Sequence record: NC_024125.2
Origin: Escherichia phage vB_EcoM_112
Direction: 5' to 3' (one strand)
Length of the DNA stretch: 64,000 bases
Shown here: positions 1 through 10,728 of the stretch, piece after piece
How the letters are laid out: each line of letters begins with the position of its first letter
Position numbering within the stretch: position 1 is the first letter of the stretch
Position numbers and translations under genes: made by a program
Notes under the pieces: generated by a model
Database searches by the model: none
Told to the model about the DNA's origin: nothing
The model's input: only the letters and a program-made list of their open reading frames with translations

Positions 1-1
1 T

Positions 2-1231
2 GGTGTTCAGCCGATGAACAGCCCGACTGGCCAGGTATTCGCACTGCGCGCAGTATATGGTAAAGACCCAATCGCTTCCGGCGCTAAAGAAGCATTCCAC
101 CCAATGTATGGTCCAGATGCAATGTTCTCTGGTCAGGGTGCTGCTAAGAAATTCCCAGCTCTGGCTGCTAGCACACAAACCACAGTAGGTGATATCTATA
201 CTCACTTCTTCCAGGAAACTGGTACTGTATATCTGCAAGCTTCTGCTCAAGTAACAATTAGTTCAAGTGCCGATGATGCAGCTAAATTAGATGCTGAAAT
301 TAAGAAACAAATGGAAGCTGGTGCACTGGTAGAAATCGCTGAAGGTATGGCTACTTCTATCGCTGAACTTCAGGAAGGTTTCAATGGTTCTACCGATAAC
401 CCATGGAATGAAATGGGCTTCCGTATCGATAAGCAAGTTATCGAAGCTAAATCTCGTCAGCTGAAAGCTGCTTACTCTATTGAATTAGCACAAGACCTCC
501 GCGCTGTTCACGGTATGGATGCTGATGCTGAACTGTCTGGCATTCTGGCTACAGAAATTATGCTGGAAATCAACCGTGAAGTTGTTGATTGGATTAACTA
601 CTCCGCACAGGTTGGTAAATCTGGTATGACCCTGACTCCGGGTTCTAAAGCTGGTGTATTTGACTTCCAGGATCCGATTGATATTCGTGGTGCTCGCTGG
701 GCAGGTGAATCCTTTAAAGCTCTGTTGTTCCAGATTGACAAAGAAGCAGTTGAAATTGCTCGTCAGACTGGTCGCGGCGAAGGTAACTTCATTATCGCTT
801 CCCGTAACGTAGTTAACGTTCTGGCTTCAGTTGATACAGGCATTTCTTATGCTGCACAGGGTCTGGCTACTGGCTTTAACACTGATACTACCAAGTCAGT
901 ATTTGCTGGTGTTCTGGGTGGTAAATACCGCGTATATATCGACCAGTATGCTAAACAGGATTATTTCACTGTAGGTTATAAAGGTCCGAACGAAATGGAT
1001 GCTGGTATTTACTATGCTCCATATGTAGCTCTGACTCCGCTGCGTGGTTCCGATCCGAAGAACTTCCAACCGGTAATGGGATTCAAAACTCGTTACGGTA
1101 TCGGTATCAACCCATTTGCAGAATCCGCTGCTCAGGCTCCGGCTTCTCGCATCCAGAGCGGTATGCCTTCTATTCTGAATAGCCTTGGTAAAAACGCTTA
1201 CTTCCGCCGTGTATATGTTAAAGGTATCTAA
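2..1231 (+). CDS. 23: Major capsid protein gp23, C-terminal ~409 codons (5' end lies upstream of window)
   Basis: Open frame from window start; translation ends ...AYFRRVYVKGI and matches remembered T4 gp23; followed by hairpin terminator and gene 24. Confidence 0.93.
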   Translation, partial: GVQPMNSPTGQVFALRAVYGKDPIASGAKEAFHPMYGPDAMFSGQGAAKKFPALAASTQTTVGDIYTHFFQETGTVYLQASAQVTISSSADDAAKLDAEIKKQMEAGALVEIAEGMATSIAELQEGFNGSTDNPWNEMGFRIDKQVIEAKSRQLKAAYSIELAQDLRAVHGMDADAELSGILATEIMLEINREVVDWINYSAQVGKSGMTLTPGSKAGVFDFQDPIDIRGARWAGESFKALLFQIDKEAVEIARQTGRGEGNFIIASRNVVNVLASVDTGISYAAQGLATGFNTDTTKSVFAGVLGGKYRVYIDQYAKQDYFTVGYKGPNEMDAGIYYAPYVALTPLRGSDPKNFQPVMGFKTRYGIGINPFAESAAQAPASRIQSGMPSILNSLGKNAYFRRVYVKGI

Positions 1232-1246
1232 TCTTTGACGATTTAA

Positions 1247-1275
1247 GGGACCTTCGGGTCCCTTTAGTTGTTTTT
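1247..1275 (+). terminator. Rho-independent terminator after gene 23
   Basis: GGGACCTTCGGGTCCC hairpin followed by T-rich tract. Confidence 0.75.
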
Positions 1276-1279
1276 ATGG

Positions 1280-1287
1280 TATAAATA
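1280..1287 (+). promoter_or_regulatory. Late promoter TATAAATA for gene 24
   Basis: Exact T4 late consensus ~28 nt upstream of the gene 24 ATG. Confidence 0.7.
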
Positions 1288-1314
1288 AATCATATAAACT
1301 GAAAGGAAAGCGCA

Positions 1315-2598
1315 ATGGCTAAAATCAACGAACTTCTGCGCGAATCAACCACAACGAATAGCAACTCAATCGGTCGCCCAAATCTCGTTGCTTTGACTCG
1401 CGCTACCACTAAATTAATATATTCTGACATTGTAGCAACGCAAAGAACTAATCAACCTGTTGCTGCTTTTTATGGTATCAAATACCTTAACCCAGACAAT
1501 GAATTTACATTTAAAACTGGTGCTACTTATGCTGGCGAAGCTGGATATGTAGACCGAGAACAAATCACAGAATTAACAGAAGAGTCTAAATTAACTCTCA
1601 ATAAGGGCGATTTATTCAAATATAATAATATCGTTTATAAAGTATTAGAAGATACACCATTTGCTGATATTGAAGAAAGCGACTTAGAGTTAGCTCTTCA
1701 GATTGCAATTGTTCTTTTAAAGGTTCGTCTATTTTCTGACGCAGCGTCAACAAGCAAATTTGAAAGCTCTGATAGTGAAATCGCGGATGCTAGATTCCAG
1801 ATTAATAAATGGCAAACCGCAGTTAAATCTCGCAAACTTAAAACTGGCATCACAGTTGAATTAGCACAAGATTTAGAAGCAAATGGATTCGATGCTCCTA
1901 ATTTCTTGGAAGATTTGCTTGCAACTGAAATGGCAGATGAAATCAATAAAGACATTCTGCAGTCTTTGATTACAGTGTCAAAACGCTATAAAGTTACAGG
2001 AATTACTGATAGTGGATTCATCGATTTGAGTTATGCATCTGCTCCTGAAGCTGGTCGTTCATTATACCGAATGGTATGTGAAATGGTTTCGCATATCCAA
2101 AAAGAATCAACTTATACAGCAACGTTCTGTGTTGCTTCAGCTCGTGCCGCTGCGATTCTTGCTGCATCAGGTTGGTTAAAACATAAACCAGAAGATGATA
2201 AATATCTTTCACAAAATGCCTATGGGTTCTTAGCTAATGGTTTACCGCTTTATTGCGATACTAACAGCCCATTAGATTATGTAATCGTTGGCGTAGTAGA
2301 AAATATCGGTGAAAAAGAAATTGTTGGATCAATTTTCTATGCTCCGTATACAGAAGGTCTCGACTTAGATGACCCTGAACATGTAGGTGCATTTAAAGTT
2401 GTTGTTGATCCAGAAAGCTTGCAACCGTCTATCGGTTTATTAGTTAGATATGCTTTATCTGCAAATCCTTATACCGTAGCAAAAGATGAAAAAGAAGCAA
2501 GAGTAATTGATGGTGGAGACATGGATAAAATGGCGGGCCGTTCAGATTTGTCTGTTTTATTAGGTGTTAAGCTACCAAAAATTATCATTGATGAATAA
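1315..2598 (+). CDS. 24: Capsid vertex protein gp24 (gp23 paralog)
   Basis: 427 aa, same length as T4 gp24; preceded by TATAAATA late promoter and SD GGAAAG; capsid-fold paralog of upstream gp23. Confidence 0.92.
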   Translation: MAKINELLRESTTTNSNSIGRPNLVALTRATTKLIYSDIVATQRTNQPVAAFYGIKYLNPDNEFTFKTGATYAGEAGYVDREQITELTEESKLTLNKGDLFKYNNIVYKVLEDTPFADIEESDLELALQIAIVLLKVRLFSDAASTSKFESSDSEIADARFQINKWQTAVKSRKLKTGITVELAQDLEANGFDAPNFLEDLLATEMADEINKDILQSLITVSKRYKVTGITDSGFIDLSYASAPEAGRSLYRMVCEMVSHIQKESTYTATFCVASARAAAILAASGWLKHKPEDDKYLSQNAYGFLANGLPLYCDTNSPLDYVIVGVVENIGEKEIVGSIFYAPYTEGLDLDDPEHVGAFKVVVDPESLQPSIGLLVRYALSANPYTVAKDEKEARVIDGGDMDKMAGRSDLSVLLGVKLPKIIIDE

Positions 2599-2604
2599 AA
2601 CAAA

Positions 2605-2626
2605 GGGACCGAAAGGTCCCTTTTTA
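2605..2626. terminator. Bidirectional terminator between gene 24 and rnlB
   Basis: GGGACCGAAAGGTCCC hairpin flanked by A-run and T-run. Confidence 0.75.
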
Positions 2627-2627
2627 T

Positions 2628-3632
2628 TTAGCTCACCAACTCAATCCAAGCTGGACGAAGTACATCTTGTACCATTTTAACTAATTCCTTTTTAATCAAA
2701 GAAGGATTATCTGCTTGAGTTAGAGTAATACCTTCACGAGAAGTTTCTTCCAAAATATCTTGAACAGTTAGCCCCATCACCTTTCCAAAATCTTTAGGAC
2801 CAATTTCGCCAATTTTAGAAATAACGTTATTTACTCGGTTCAGTGTAACGTAACAAGCTAAAATTCCCACCAATTTGTTATTGGCTTCTGATAGCTCAAC
2901 TTTAGCTTTAATAGGCTTATCAGACTTTTTCTTTTCACTAAATTTAGAATTCTTGCATTTGATAGCGACACGATTTCCATTACGAAGCCAAGAAGGATAA
3001 CAAGGTTTCAATACATATCCTTCAGCGGTAAATACTTCGCCTTTTGCTTCGGCATTCCAGACGCATTTATTTGCATCAACTAATCCAGCATGGTCTACTG
3101 TAAAATTATAATCTTGGACGACAGAATCTAAATCATTTGGCAATTTAATAAGCTCTTCAAATTTACCGCGACCTAAAAGTGGAGCCATTTTAAATTTAAA
3201 TGTATTGCAGAATGATTCCATCATATAATCGTCGACATAAGTCACATCACCACTTTCTGTAGTGACAATAATGTCAAATACATAAAAATCTTTATCGCCA
3301 TAATCGACATTCTTCTGAATGCCAGGTCCAGCGAATTCGCCAAAGACTTGATAAGATACAACTGCTGAAGTTTCCATAATATCTTGTACTGCTTTAATGG
3401 AATCAGCGTAATTCTTTAAAATAATTTCATACCCAAAGAAATCTTCAGCAGGAAGAATTGGTCCAGTACGTTTAGCGCAAGTTACTTTATCACGCTCAAT
3501 AATCAATGAGAAATTTGTACCATGAATCTTTTCACGAGCTACCCATTCGCCGCCAGTCAATCCCAAGCTATAAAGTTTTTCAATAAATTTAGAGTTGTAA
3601 TGATTTTCAAGACTGCTATACTTTTTAAACAT
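2628..3632 (-). CDS. rnlB: RNA ligase 2
   Basis: 334 aa; N-terminus [16 protein letters not shown]...[10 protein letters not shown] contains nucleotidyltransferase motif I (KxHG); matches remembered T4 Rnl2. Confidence 0.9.
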   Translation of the reverse strand: MFKKYSSLENHYNSKFIEKLYSLGLTGGEWVAREKIHGTNFSLIIERDKVTCAKRTGPILPAEDFFGYEIILKNYADSIKAVQDIMETSAVVSYQVFGEFAGPGIQKNVDYGDKDFYVFDIIVTTESGDVTYVDDYMMESFCNTFKFKMAPLLGRGKFEELIKLPNDLDSVVQDYNFTVDHAGLVDANKCVWNAEAKGEVFTAEGYVLKPCYPSWLRNGNRVAIKCKNSKFSEKKKSDKPIKAKVELSEANNKLVGILACYVTLNRVNNVISKIGEIGPKDFGKVMGLTVQDILEETSREGITLTQADNPSLIKKELVKMVQDVLRPAWIELVS

Positions 3633-3641
3633 AATTAATCC

Positions 3642-3920
3642 TCAAAATGTAATTTCTAACCAATCACCATCACGCTGATCACTATTAACTTTAAAGCTGA
3701 ATCCTTCTTTTCTCAGCCAATCACCAATTTCTTCAGTAATCAATTTATCACGAGCAATACAATAATAATTAAAATGTGTTTTACCTTGTTCAGCTGCTTT
3801 ATTAGCAAGTTCTGAAAAATCTTTAATAAAACACTCTAGCTTAAACTGTTTACTTTTAAGTGCTTTTTCGCGTAATTGATTAGCAAAAGATTCATTTTCA
3901 TAAAGATCATACTGTTCCAT
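3642..3920 (-). CDS. Hypothetical protein (T4 24.2 position)
   Basis: 92-aa ORF, synteny between rnlB and hoc. Confidence 0.6.
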   Translation of the reverse strand: MEQYDLYENESFANQLREKALKSKQFKLECFIKDFSELANKAAEQGKTHFNYYCIARDKLITEEIGDWLRKEGFSFKVNSDQRDGDWLEITF

Positions 3921-4122
3921 TTTTCACCTTTTTATTAATATGTCTTTTTCTATAGACAACTTTTTCTCGAGTCTCAAATTTATTCTTAGCAGTCATAGCT
4001 CGAGCCCATAATACAGCCACTTCTTTCGCCTGTAAGTTCAATTCACGAGCAATTTCAATGAATGACTTTCCAGACTCATGGAGTGTAAACACCACAACCT
4101 CAGTTCTCATAATCAATCTCAT
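3907..4122 (-). CDS. Hypothetical protein (T4 24.3 position)
   Basis: 71-aa ORF, basic, synteny. Confidence 0.55.
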   Translation of the reverse strand: MRLIMRTEVVVFTLHESGKSFIEIARELNLQAKEVAVLWARAMTAKNKFETREKVVYRKRHINKKVKNGTV

Positions 4123-4190
4123 GTTATCGAGTTGGTGCCATTATATACATCATTTTCTGATTGTGTTTTGTGTGCTTTCAAAATGAAGAA

Positions 4191-4206
4191 AGGGGCCGAA
4201 GCCCCT
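4191..4206 (-). terminator. Hairpin terminator downstream of hoc
   Basis: AGGGGCCGAAGCCCCT. Confidence 0.6.
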
Positions 4207-4211
4207 TATGA

Positions 4212-5342
4212 TTATGGATAGGTATAGATGATACCAGTTTCTAAAGCAGTTTTATGAATGATGTATCCATTACGCGATTCTTGGACATCAACTTCTGGAT
4301 AATCTTTCATCATCTTCTGAAGAGTGTAACGATGCAGGTAGTATTTACTATCTGGATCTTCAGTTTTCCAATCTTTACCTTCTTCAGTCATTTTTTGGAT
4401 TTCATCCATAACCCACCAACCGCACCAGATGTAAGCTGAAGTACGATGTGGAAGAGGATGAACATAAGGTAATTCACCTTCTGGTTCCGGAGCAACTTTA
4501 TCAGTTACCTGAACTTGACCTTCTGCCGTAATAGTTTTGCTATCATAATCAGCAGCAGTAACAGTTGCAGTAACTTCAATAGTTTGACTTCCAATAGATG
4601 AGGTATCAACGGTATATACATTAGTTGACCCTTCTACAGGAGAAGAATCTTTCTTCCATGAATAAGCAATTTGCGCTTCTTCTGGAGCATTAGTGACATT
4701 AGCGGTAAATGTAGCCGAAGCATCTTGCTGCACGTTAATAGAAGGAGGAGTCAATGTAACCTGTGGATTCATTGTCTTCTTATTAACCGTTAATGACACT
4801 TCATTAGAAGTAACTTCCTTTGCATCATAATCTGTCGCGGTTACTTGAGCCACACACTTAATTCTTTTTACCCCGCTTTCGGCAGGAGTATAATTGAATG
4901 TAGCAGAAGTTGCTTCGCCCACAGGAGAACCGTCAACGTACCATTGATACGTAGCAGATGCACCTGATGGCTGTGAAGCTAAGGCAGCGGTAAATTCAAC
5001 AGCTGTTCCGATTACTCCTTCCGGAGGACTATTAGGAGTTACAGCTAAGGTAGTCGTTTGTGTCTTATTTTGAACTGTGATAGTTGTAGTAGCTTCTGCT
5101 GTTTCAGCTTCAGCTTCTGGAACTGTATTTGTTGCAACTACTTTAATAGTCTTTTGTCCAGCAGGTCCTTTTAATACATAATCAAAAGTTGCTTCAGCTC
5201 CATCTTGTGGAGCATCATCTACAGTCCAAGCATAGGTAATAGTTCCACTTCCAGTTTCACCACTGGGTGTAGCAGTAAACTGCTGAGTCTGATCTATAAC
5301 TCCAGTAGGTGTTTTAGGAGTTATATCAACTGTAAAAGCCAT
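4212..5342 (-). CDS. hoc: Highly immunogenic outer capsid protein Hoc (Ig-like domains)
   Basis: 376 aa (T4 Hoc length); repeated T/S/V-rich beta-strand Ig-like segments; synteny. Confidence 0.9.
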   Translation of the reverse strand: MAFTVDITPKTPTGVIDQTQQFTATPSGETGSGTITYAWTVDDAPQDGAEATFDYVLKGPAGQKTIKVVATNTVPEAEAETAEATTTITVQNKTQTTTLAVTPNSPPEGVIGTAVEFTAALASQPSGASATYQWYVDGSPVGEATSATFNYTPAESGVKRIKCVAQVTATDYDAKEVTSNEVSLTVNKKTMNPQVTLTPPSINVQQDASATFTANVTNAPEEAQIAYSWKKDSSPVEGSTNVYTVDTSSIGSQTIEVTATVTAADYDSKTITAEGQVQVTDKVAPEPEGELPYVHPLPHRTSAYIWCGWWVMDEIQKMTEEGKDWKTEDPDSKYYLHRYTLQKMMKDYPEVDVQESRNGYIIHKTALETGIIYTYP

Positions 5343-5351
5343 AAGTTATCC

Positions 5352-6032
5352 TTATTTTAATGTTACGAAAGAAGAATTGCGTGTTTCACGAATTAAAACT
5401 GATCCATCACGATTAATGTAATAAATTAAGCTAAATAAAGTTTGGTGTGCTGACGCATGTTCAAAACTAGTTGGGTGAGATTTCCAATCCGGAGTTTCAG
5501 CAATCCATTGATAAATCCACCAAGGAACAGTACAGAATCCTGGATTTTTTCCAATCAGCTGAAGATTCGGACTAAAGTTTTCCGGAAGAGTAAATACAGA
5601 CGGCTTTTCAGATTCAACAATCTCAGCTACAGCCTGTTCGAATTTTTCTTCAACAAAAGGAGTATCTTCAATCAAAACTGAGGTATTTTCAGGAATTTTA
5701 TCCGTTTCTACTACTTCAATTTTAATGTCAGATTTAACCGGAGAATCAATCAGAAGTGCTGCTTCTGGATTGACTTCTTCATCGTCATATTTTAATCCCT
5801 CTGCGGCATCAGCAGCATCAATTAGGTCTTTAATAGATAACCCATCAGTCTCAGGCATAGGTTCACTAGCGAGCTTCTGGAGGGCTTCTTCAATATCAAT
5901 AACGATATTATCAAAAGATTTATTCTTTTTGACCTTTATACCAAACTGTTCAGCATATTCAGCTAATTTAGCCTTAGCTTCTTTATTATCATCAAGAGCC
6001 TTCAGCTCTGCAATATAATCTTTATCTATCAT
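5352..6032 (-). CDS. inh: Inh, inhibitor of prohead protease
   Basis: 226-aa acidic protein at T4 inh position between hoc and uvsW. Confidence 0.8.
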   Translation of the reverse strand: MIDKDYIAELKALDDNKEAKAKLAEYAEQFGIKVKKNKSFDNIVIDIEEALQKLASEPMPETDGLSIKDLIDAADAAEGLKYDDEEVNPEAALLIDSPVKSDIKIEVVETDKIPENTSVLIEDTPFVEEKFEQAVAEIVESEKPSVFTLPENFSPNLQLIGKNPGFCTVPWWIYQWIAETPDWKSHPTSFEHASAHQTLFSLIYYINRDGSVLIRETRNSSFVTLK

Positions 6033-6046
6033 AATATTTCCTCAGT

Positions 6047-6054
6047 ATAAATAT
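6047..6054 (+). promoter_or_regulatory. Late promoter TATAAATA upstream of uvsW
   Basis: Exact consensus ~29 nt upstream of ATG. Confidence 0.65.
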
Positions 6055-6082
6055 AGATATATTTATTACATGGTATTTAGAC

Positions 6083-7594
6083 ATGACTGACATTAAAGTA
6101 CATTTTTATGATTTTAGTCACGTGAGAATTGATTGTGAAGAAAGTACATTTCATGAACTCCGTGATTTCTTTAGCTTTGAAGCTGACGGGTATCGTTTTA
6201 ATCCGAAATACAAATATGGCCACTGGGATGGACGAATCCGTCTTTTAGATTATAATCGTCTTCTTCCATTTGGCTTAGTCGGGCAAATTAAAAAGTTCTG
6301 TGATAACTTTGGCTATAAAGCCTGGATTGACCCGCAAATTAATGAAAAAGAAGAATTATCAAGAAAAGATTTTGATGAATGGCTTTCTAAATTAGAAATC
6401 TATTCAGGAAATAAAAGAATTGAACCACACTGGTATCAAAAAGATGCAGTGTTCGAAGGATTAGTTAATCGTCGTAGAATTCTTAATCTTCCAACATCCG
6501 CTGGTAAATCGTTAATTCAAGCTTTGCTTGCGCGATATTATTTGGAAAATTATGAAGGTAAAATTCTTATCATTGTTCCAACAACTGCTCTGACAACTCA
6601 GATGGCTGATGACTTTGTTGACTATCGTTTATTCAGTCATGCAATGATAAAGAAAATTGGTGGCGGAGCATCAAAAGATGATAAATATAAAAATGATGCA
6701 CCAGTCGTTGTTGGTACATGGCAAACTGTAGTTAAACAACCAAAAGAATGGTTCTCACAGTTTGGAATGATGATGAATGATGAATGCCATCTTGCTACAG
6801 GAAAAAGTATTTCATCTATCATATCAGGTTTAAATAACTGTATGTTTAAATTTGGTCTATCAGGTTCATTACGTGATGGCAAAGCTAATATCATGCAGTA
6901 TGTTGGAATGTTTGGTGAAATATTTAAGCCAGTAACGACTTCTAAGTTAATGGAAGATGGGCAAGTAACTGAGTTAAAAATTAATAGTATTTTTCTTCGC
7001 TATCCCGATGAGTTCACTACTAAATTAAAGGGAAAAACTTACCAAGAAGAAATAAAAATTATTACTGGGCTCAGTAAAAGAAATAAATGGATCGCTAAAT
7101 TAGCTATTAAGCTTGCACAAAAAGATGAAAACGCTTTTGTCATGTTTAAACATGTATCACATGGTAAAGCTATTTTCGATTTAATTAAAAATGAATACGA
7201 TAAAGTTTATTACGTATCAGGGGAAGTTGATACCGAAACCCGCAATATAATGAAAACCTTAGCTGAAAATGGTAAAGGAATAATTATAGTAGCAAGTTAT
7301 GGTGTATTTTCTACTGGTATTTCAGTTAAAAATCTGCATCATGTTGTTTTAGCGCACGGTGTTAAATCAAAAATCATTGTATTACAAACAATCGGTCGTG
7401 TATTACGTAAGCATGGTTCTAAGACAATAGCAACTGTCTGGGACCTCATAGATGATTGTGGTGTTAAGCCAAAATCTGCTAATACGAAAAAGAAATATGT
7501 TCATTTGAACTATCTTTTAAAACACGGCATTGATCGTATTCAGCGCTACGCAGATGAAAAATTTAATTACGTAATGAAAACAGTTAATTTATAA
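6083..7594 (+). CDS. uvsW: UvsW DNA/RNA helicase (SF2)
   Basis: 503 aa; Walker A LPTSAGKS, DECH box (MMMNDECH), helicase C motifs; late promoter TATAAATA upstream. Confidence 0.92.
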   Translation: MTDIKVHFYDFSHVRIDCEESTFHELRDFFSFEADGYRFNPKYKYGHWDGRIRLLDYNRLLPFGLVGQIKKFCDNFGYKAWIDPQINEKEELSRKDFDEWLSKLEIYSGNKRIEPHWYQKDAVFEGLVNRRRILNLPTSAGKSLIQALLARYYLENYEGKILIIVPTTALTTQMADDFVDYRLFSHAMIKKIGGGASKDDKYKNDAPVVVGTWQTVVKQPKEWFSQFGMMMNDECHLATGKSISSIISGLNNCMFKFGLSGSLRDGKANIMQYVGMFGEIFKPVTTSKLMEDGQVTELKINSIFLRYPDEFTTKLKGKTYQEEIKIITGLSKRNKWIAKLAIKLAQKDENAFVMFKHVSHGKAIFDLIKNEYDKVYYVSGEVDTETRNIMKTLAENGKGIIIVASYGVFSTGISVKNLHHVVLAHGVKSKIIVLQTIGRVLRKHGSKTIATVWDLIDDCGVKPKSANTKKKYVHLNYLLKHGIDRIQRYADEKFNYVMKTVNL

Positions 7595-7607
7595 GGGCTT
7601 CGGCCCT

Positions 7608-7850
7608 TTGGAGAAAAAGATGTTACTAGAATTTAAACAATTTCTTTATGAAGCTTCTATTGATGAATTTATGGGTAAAATTGCCTCCTGTCAAACATTA
7701 GAAGGTTTAGAAGAACTTGAAGCTTATTATAAGAAAAGAGTTAAAGAAACTGAATTAAAAGATACTGATGACATCTCAGTCAGAGATGCTTTGGCAGGAA
7801 AAAGAGCTGAATTAGAAGATTCAGACGATGAAGTAGAAGAAAGCTTTTAA
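7608..7850 (+). CDS. uvsW.1: UvsW.1 small acidic protein
   Basis: 80-aa ORF immediately after uvsW, SD GGAG upstream; T4 synteny. Confidence 0.75.
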   Translation: MEKKMLLEFKQFLYEASIDEFMGKIASCQTLEGLEELEAYYKKRVKETELKDTDDISVRDALAGKRAELEDSDDEVEESF

Positions 7851-7905
7851 ATTAAAAAAGGCCCAACCAAAAAGGAAGGGCCAAAACTATAGACTAAAGG
7901 TCACA

Positions 7906-8073
7906 CTATAGCAAAAGTTGTGTTTCATTTAATTGTTCTTCCGAACTTTCTGAAACTGGTAGTTCTTTAATGTAATTATAGCAAGGCCCAGGATGCACAG
8001 GACCTTTGTCTGTTTCAACAACCAATGCAGAATCGATTGGAGTTTTACAGACAACACAAATCTTATCTGACAT
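7906..8073 (-). CDS. Small 55-aa Cys-containing protein (T4 uvsY.-2 position)
   Basis: Hand-translated: MSDKICVVCKTPIDSALVVETDKGPVHPGPCYNYIKELPVSESSEEQLNETQLLL; CxxC...C pattern suggests a small zinc-ribbon; below ORF-track size cutoff. Confidence 0.45.
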   Translation of the reverse strand: MSDKICVVCKTPIDSALVVETDKGPVHPGPCYNYIKELPVSESSEEQLNETQLLL

Positions 8074-8196
8074 GATTGTCTCCTCTGAATTATATATCTA
8101 TTTATAACCCCATCTTAAAACGCATTTCTTGTACACGCTTTAAACATGCTTCCATTTCTGCTAAAAGTCTAAATACTTCTTTATAATTTGTCATAT

Positions 8197-8424
8197 TTAC
8201 CCCATATCTCTCATATGCATATCAATGCCCATATCTTTAGAATAAAAATATTCATCAAGATATCCGGCAAATTTTCCTTTAATATAAAGGACATCTTCAC
8301 CACACGGGTGGTCGGCCAGGATACGAATATCCTGACGCTTAAGATTATGCTTTTTCATTAAGAATTGAATTTCCGTTTCAAATTCTTCTTCATAATTAAA
8401 AGCATCATCAATGCTATATCTCAT
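8197..8424 (-). CDS. Hypothetical protein (T4 uvsY.-1 position)
   Basis: 75-aa ORF translationally coupled to uvsY (overlapping stop/start). Confidence 0.6.
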   Translation of the reverse strand: MRYSIDDAFNYEEEFETEIQFLMKKHNLKRQDIRILADHPCGEDVLYIKGKFAGYLDEYFYSKDMGIDMHMRDMG

Positions 8425-8837
8425 TATTTTCCAGCCTCAAATGCCCGCATGTCTTGAATATGCTTAATAGCAAATCCGCGTGATTTAATAGCATCAAGAG
8501 CTCCGCTACAGAAATCTAATAAAATCCCCCAATACTGTAACGAGGTATCAACCTTTAAAACATCCTTATCAGCTGATAGAACTGTCTTCATTTCTGATTT
8601 CTCGTAACGATCCATACTAAATTCATCACCATCTCCTCGTCCCGAGTAGTAGTCTAATTTAGCTTTAAGAGCAACTTTTTTCTGTGCTTCAATTCTAAGC
8701 ATTTCCTTTTTAATACTTGAATGCTTATTAAGCCATTTACTATATAACATCACATTATTAGCTGCTTCATACTGTAATTTAGTCGAATCTATAAACACAT
8801 CTTTCTTCAATTCTTCTTGAAGATCTTCTAATCTCAT
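8424..8837 (-). CDS. uvsY: UvsY recombination mediator protein
   Basis: 137 aa (T4 UvsY length); synteny. Confidence 0.88.
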   Translation of the reverse strand: MRLEDLQEELKKDVFIDSTKLQYEAANNVMLYSKWLNKHSSIKKEMLRIEAQKKVALKAKLDYYSGRGDGDEFSMDRYEKSEMKTVLSADKDVLKVDTSLQYWGILLDFCSGALDAIKSRGFAIKHIQDMRAFEAGK

Positions 8838-8903
8838 ATTGTTCTCTATTCAATTGTTATTGGATGGACTTAGATTCATTATACCACGTTTATACGTGAA
8901 GCA

Positions 8904-9302
8904 TTATACTCTATTACTGGAAGCCAATTGCAGTTTTATCTGTTCAATGTCATCGGGGTTATCAATGACTGAAAAGCGTATTTCTACTATAAGAGTATAA
9001 TCATCATAAACGGGTATCACATTAACTGCTAATTTATCAATACGTGGCTCATAGTTTCTTACTGCGCTTTCGATATTGCGCTCAACTGTGTCAGCAGTAA
9101 GAGGAGTCATATTTTCAAAAAGCTGGTCGGACAAATCGCATCCAAATTCAGGGTCAAACGGTCTTGAACCTTTTCTTGTTGTAATAATTCCCAAAAGACT
9201 GTTTTTAATTGACCTTAATCCAAGTGATCTGGAAACGTCTTTGTTCCAATCCATTTTCATTTCCGGGTCAATGTCAGAATAAAGCTTATTAATATTTGCC
9301 AT
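8904..9302 (-). CDS. 25: Baseplate wedge protein gp25
   Basis: 132 aa (T4 gp25 length); GPW/gp25 family; synteny. Confidence 0.88.
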   Translation of the reverse strand: MANINKLYSDIDPEMKMDWNKDVSRSLGLRSIKNSLLGIITTRKGSRPFDPEFGCDLSDQLFENMTPLTADTVERNIESAVRNYEPRIDKLAVNVIPVYDDYTLIVEIRFSVIDNPDDIEQIKLQLASSNRV

Positions 9303-9928
9303 TATAGTAACTCAAAGAACTCTTTGAGGCCTCTTATTACATGAGCATGGGTTTTTCCACACTCTGGACACTTAATTGGAACAGCCAAATAAACGGTAGG
9401 CTTTAAAAGCATATCTTTTATAGCTACAATATCTGACTCTGTGATGATAGAATATAAATCTTCTAGTTCCTTTTCATTTAAGTCTTCAACTGGAATGCTT
9501 TCCCCGTTAGCATGAATCGTTTCTATGCATGATACTATCATGTGGGCTATATTTTTATCATCAAAAATTTTAGGGTATCGGAATTTAATTTTAATGTCAC
9601 CCAGTGTATACCAGAGGTCTTCTGGTGCATCTATTTGTGCATGTAATAGATTTATATGGGTTGGTATTTCAGTTCCACAGGTGCACTTCCAGGAGTTTTC
9701 GTGATTAACTTCGCCGAGAGAATGTGCCCATAAATGAATCAGCAGTAGTTCTGATTCTTGGCGGTTTAAATCTTTTGCATTTGTGCAGTCTTTGATTAGC
9801 TTTTTAACAATTGCTTCTACAGAACCATTATTTTTGGCAGTAATAAGTTCTAGATATTCTTTAAGCGTGAATGCGCGACAATTGATTATTTTAGAACCAA
9901 CTCTCACATCAAATTTGTATTCATACAT
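9302..9928 (-). CDS. 26: Baseplate hub protein gp26
   Basis: 208 aa; synteny; divergent late promoter upstream. Confidence 0.85.
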   Translation of the reverse strand: MYEYKFDVRVGSKIINCRAFTLKEYLELITAKNNGSVEAIVKKLIKDCTNAKDLNRQESELLLIHLWAHSLGEVNHENSWKCTCGTEIPTHINLLHAQIDAPEDLWYTLGDIKIKFRYPKIFDDKNIAHMIVSCIETIHANGESIPVEDLNEKELEDLYSIITESDIVAIKDMLLKPTVYLAVPIKCPECGKTHAHVIRGLKEFFELL

Positions 9929-9949
9929 ATTTAGCTCCTTTATTTATCA

Positions 9950-9961
9950 TATTTATAAATA
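9950..9961. promoter_or_regulatory. Overlapping divergent late promoters (TATTTATAAATA) for gene 26 (minus) and gene 51 (plus)
   Basis: TATAAATA on plus at 9954-9961 and its reverse complement at 9950-9957 within the 50-bp divergent intergenic region. Confidence 0.65.
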
Positions 9962-9978
9962 GAATAAAAGGAGCATCT

Positions 9979-10728
9979 ATGGCAAACATTATTCGTTGTA
10001 AATTACCAGATGGTGTTCATCGTTTTAAACCATTTACGGTAGAAGATTATCGAGATTTTTTGTTAGTTCGAAACGATATAGAACATCGGTCACCACAAGA
10101 ACAAAAAGAAATAATTACTGATTTAATTGATGATTATTTTGGAGACTATCCGAAGACTTGGCAACCATTTATATTTTTGCAGGTATTTGTAGGGTCGATA
10201 GGTAAAACTAAAGTACCAGTCACATTCGTATGTCCAAAATGTAAAAAAGAAAAGACAGTTCCATTTGAAATATACCAAAAAGAATTAAAGGAACCTGTTT
10301 TTGATGTAGCTAATGTTAAAATTAAATTAAAGTTTCCTTCTGAGTTTTATGAAAATAAAGCAAAGATGATTACTGAAAATATTCATTCTGTTCAAGTAGA
10401 TGAAATTTGGTATGATTGGAAGGAAATTAGCGAGTCTAGTCAAATAGAACTCGTTGACGCCATCGAGATAGAAACATTAGAACAAATTCTCGATGCAATG
10501 AATCCTATTAATTTAACTCTACATATGTCATGCTGTAATAAGTACATTAAAAAATACACTGATATAGTAGACGTGTTTAAGCTATTAGTTAACCCAGATG
10601 AGATATTTACTTTTTATCAAATTAATCACACACTCGTAAAAAGTAATTATAGCTTAAATTCAATAATGAAAATGATTCCTGCTGAGCGCGGATTCGTATT
10701 AAAACTGATTGAGAAGGATAAACAATAA
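9979..10728 (+). CDS. 51: Baseplate hub assembly protein gp51
   Basis: 249 aa; late promoter TATAAATA at 9954; SD AAAGGAG. Confidence 0.85.
   Translation: MANIIRCKLPDGVHRFKPFTVEDYRDFLLVRNDIEHRSPQEQKEIITDLIDDYFGDYPKTWQPFIFLQVFVGSIGKTKVPVTFVCPKCKKEKTVPFEIYQKELKEPVFDVANVKIKLKFPSEFYENKAKMITENIHSVQVDEIWYDWKEISESSQIELVDAIEIETLEQILDAMNPINLTLHMSCCNKYIKKYTDIVDVFKLLVNPDEIFTFYQINHTLVKSNYSLNSIMKMIPAERGFVLKLIEKDKQ

Noticed and set aside
1698-1955. Antisense 85-aa ORF inside gene 24
   Set aside because: Lies fully within and antisense to a well-supported structural gene; no RBS; low-complexity translation. The same applies to 2018-2212, 4254-4439, 5457-5681, 5725-6018, 6637-6894, 9076-9282, 11565-11759, 12162-12401, 12772-12954, 13879-14094 and 14878-15216.
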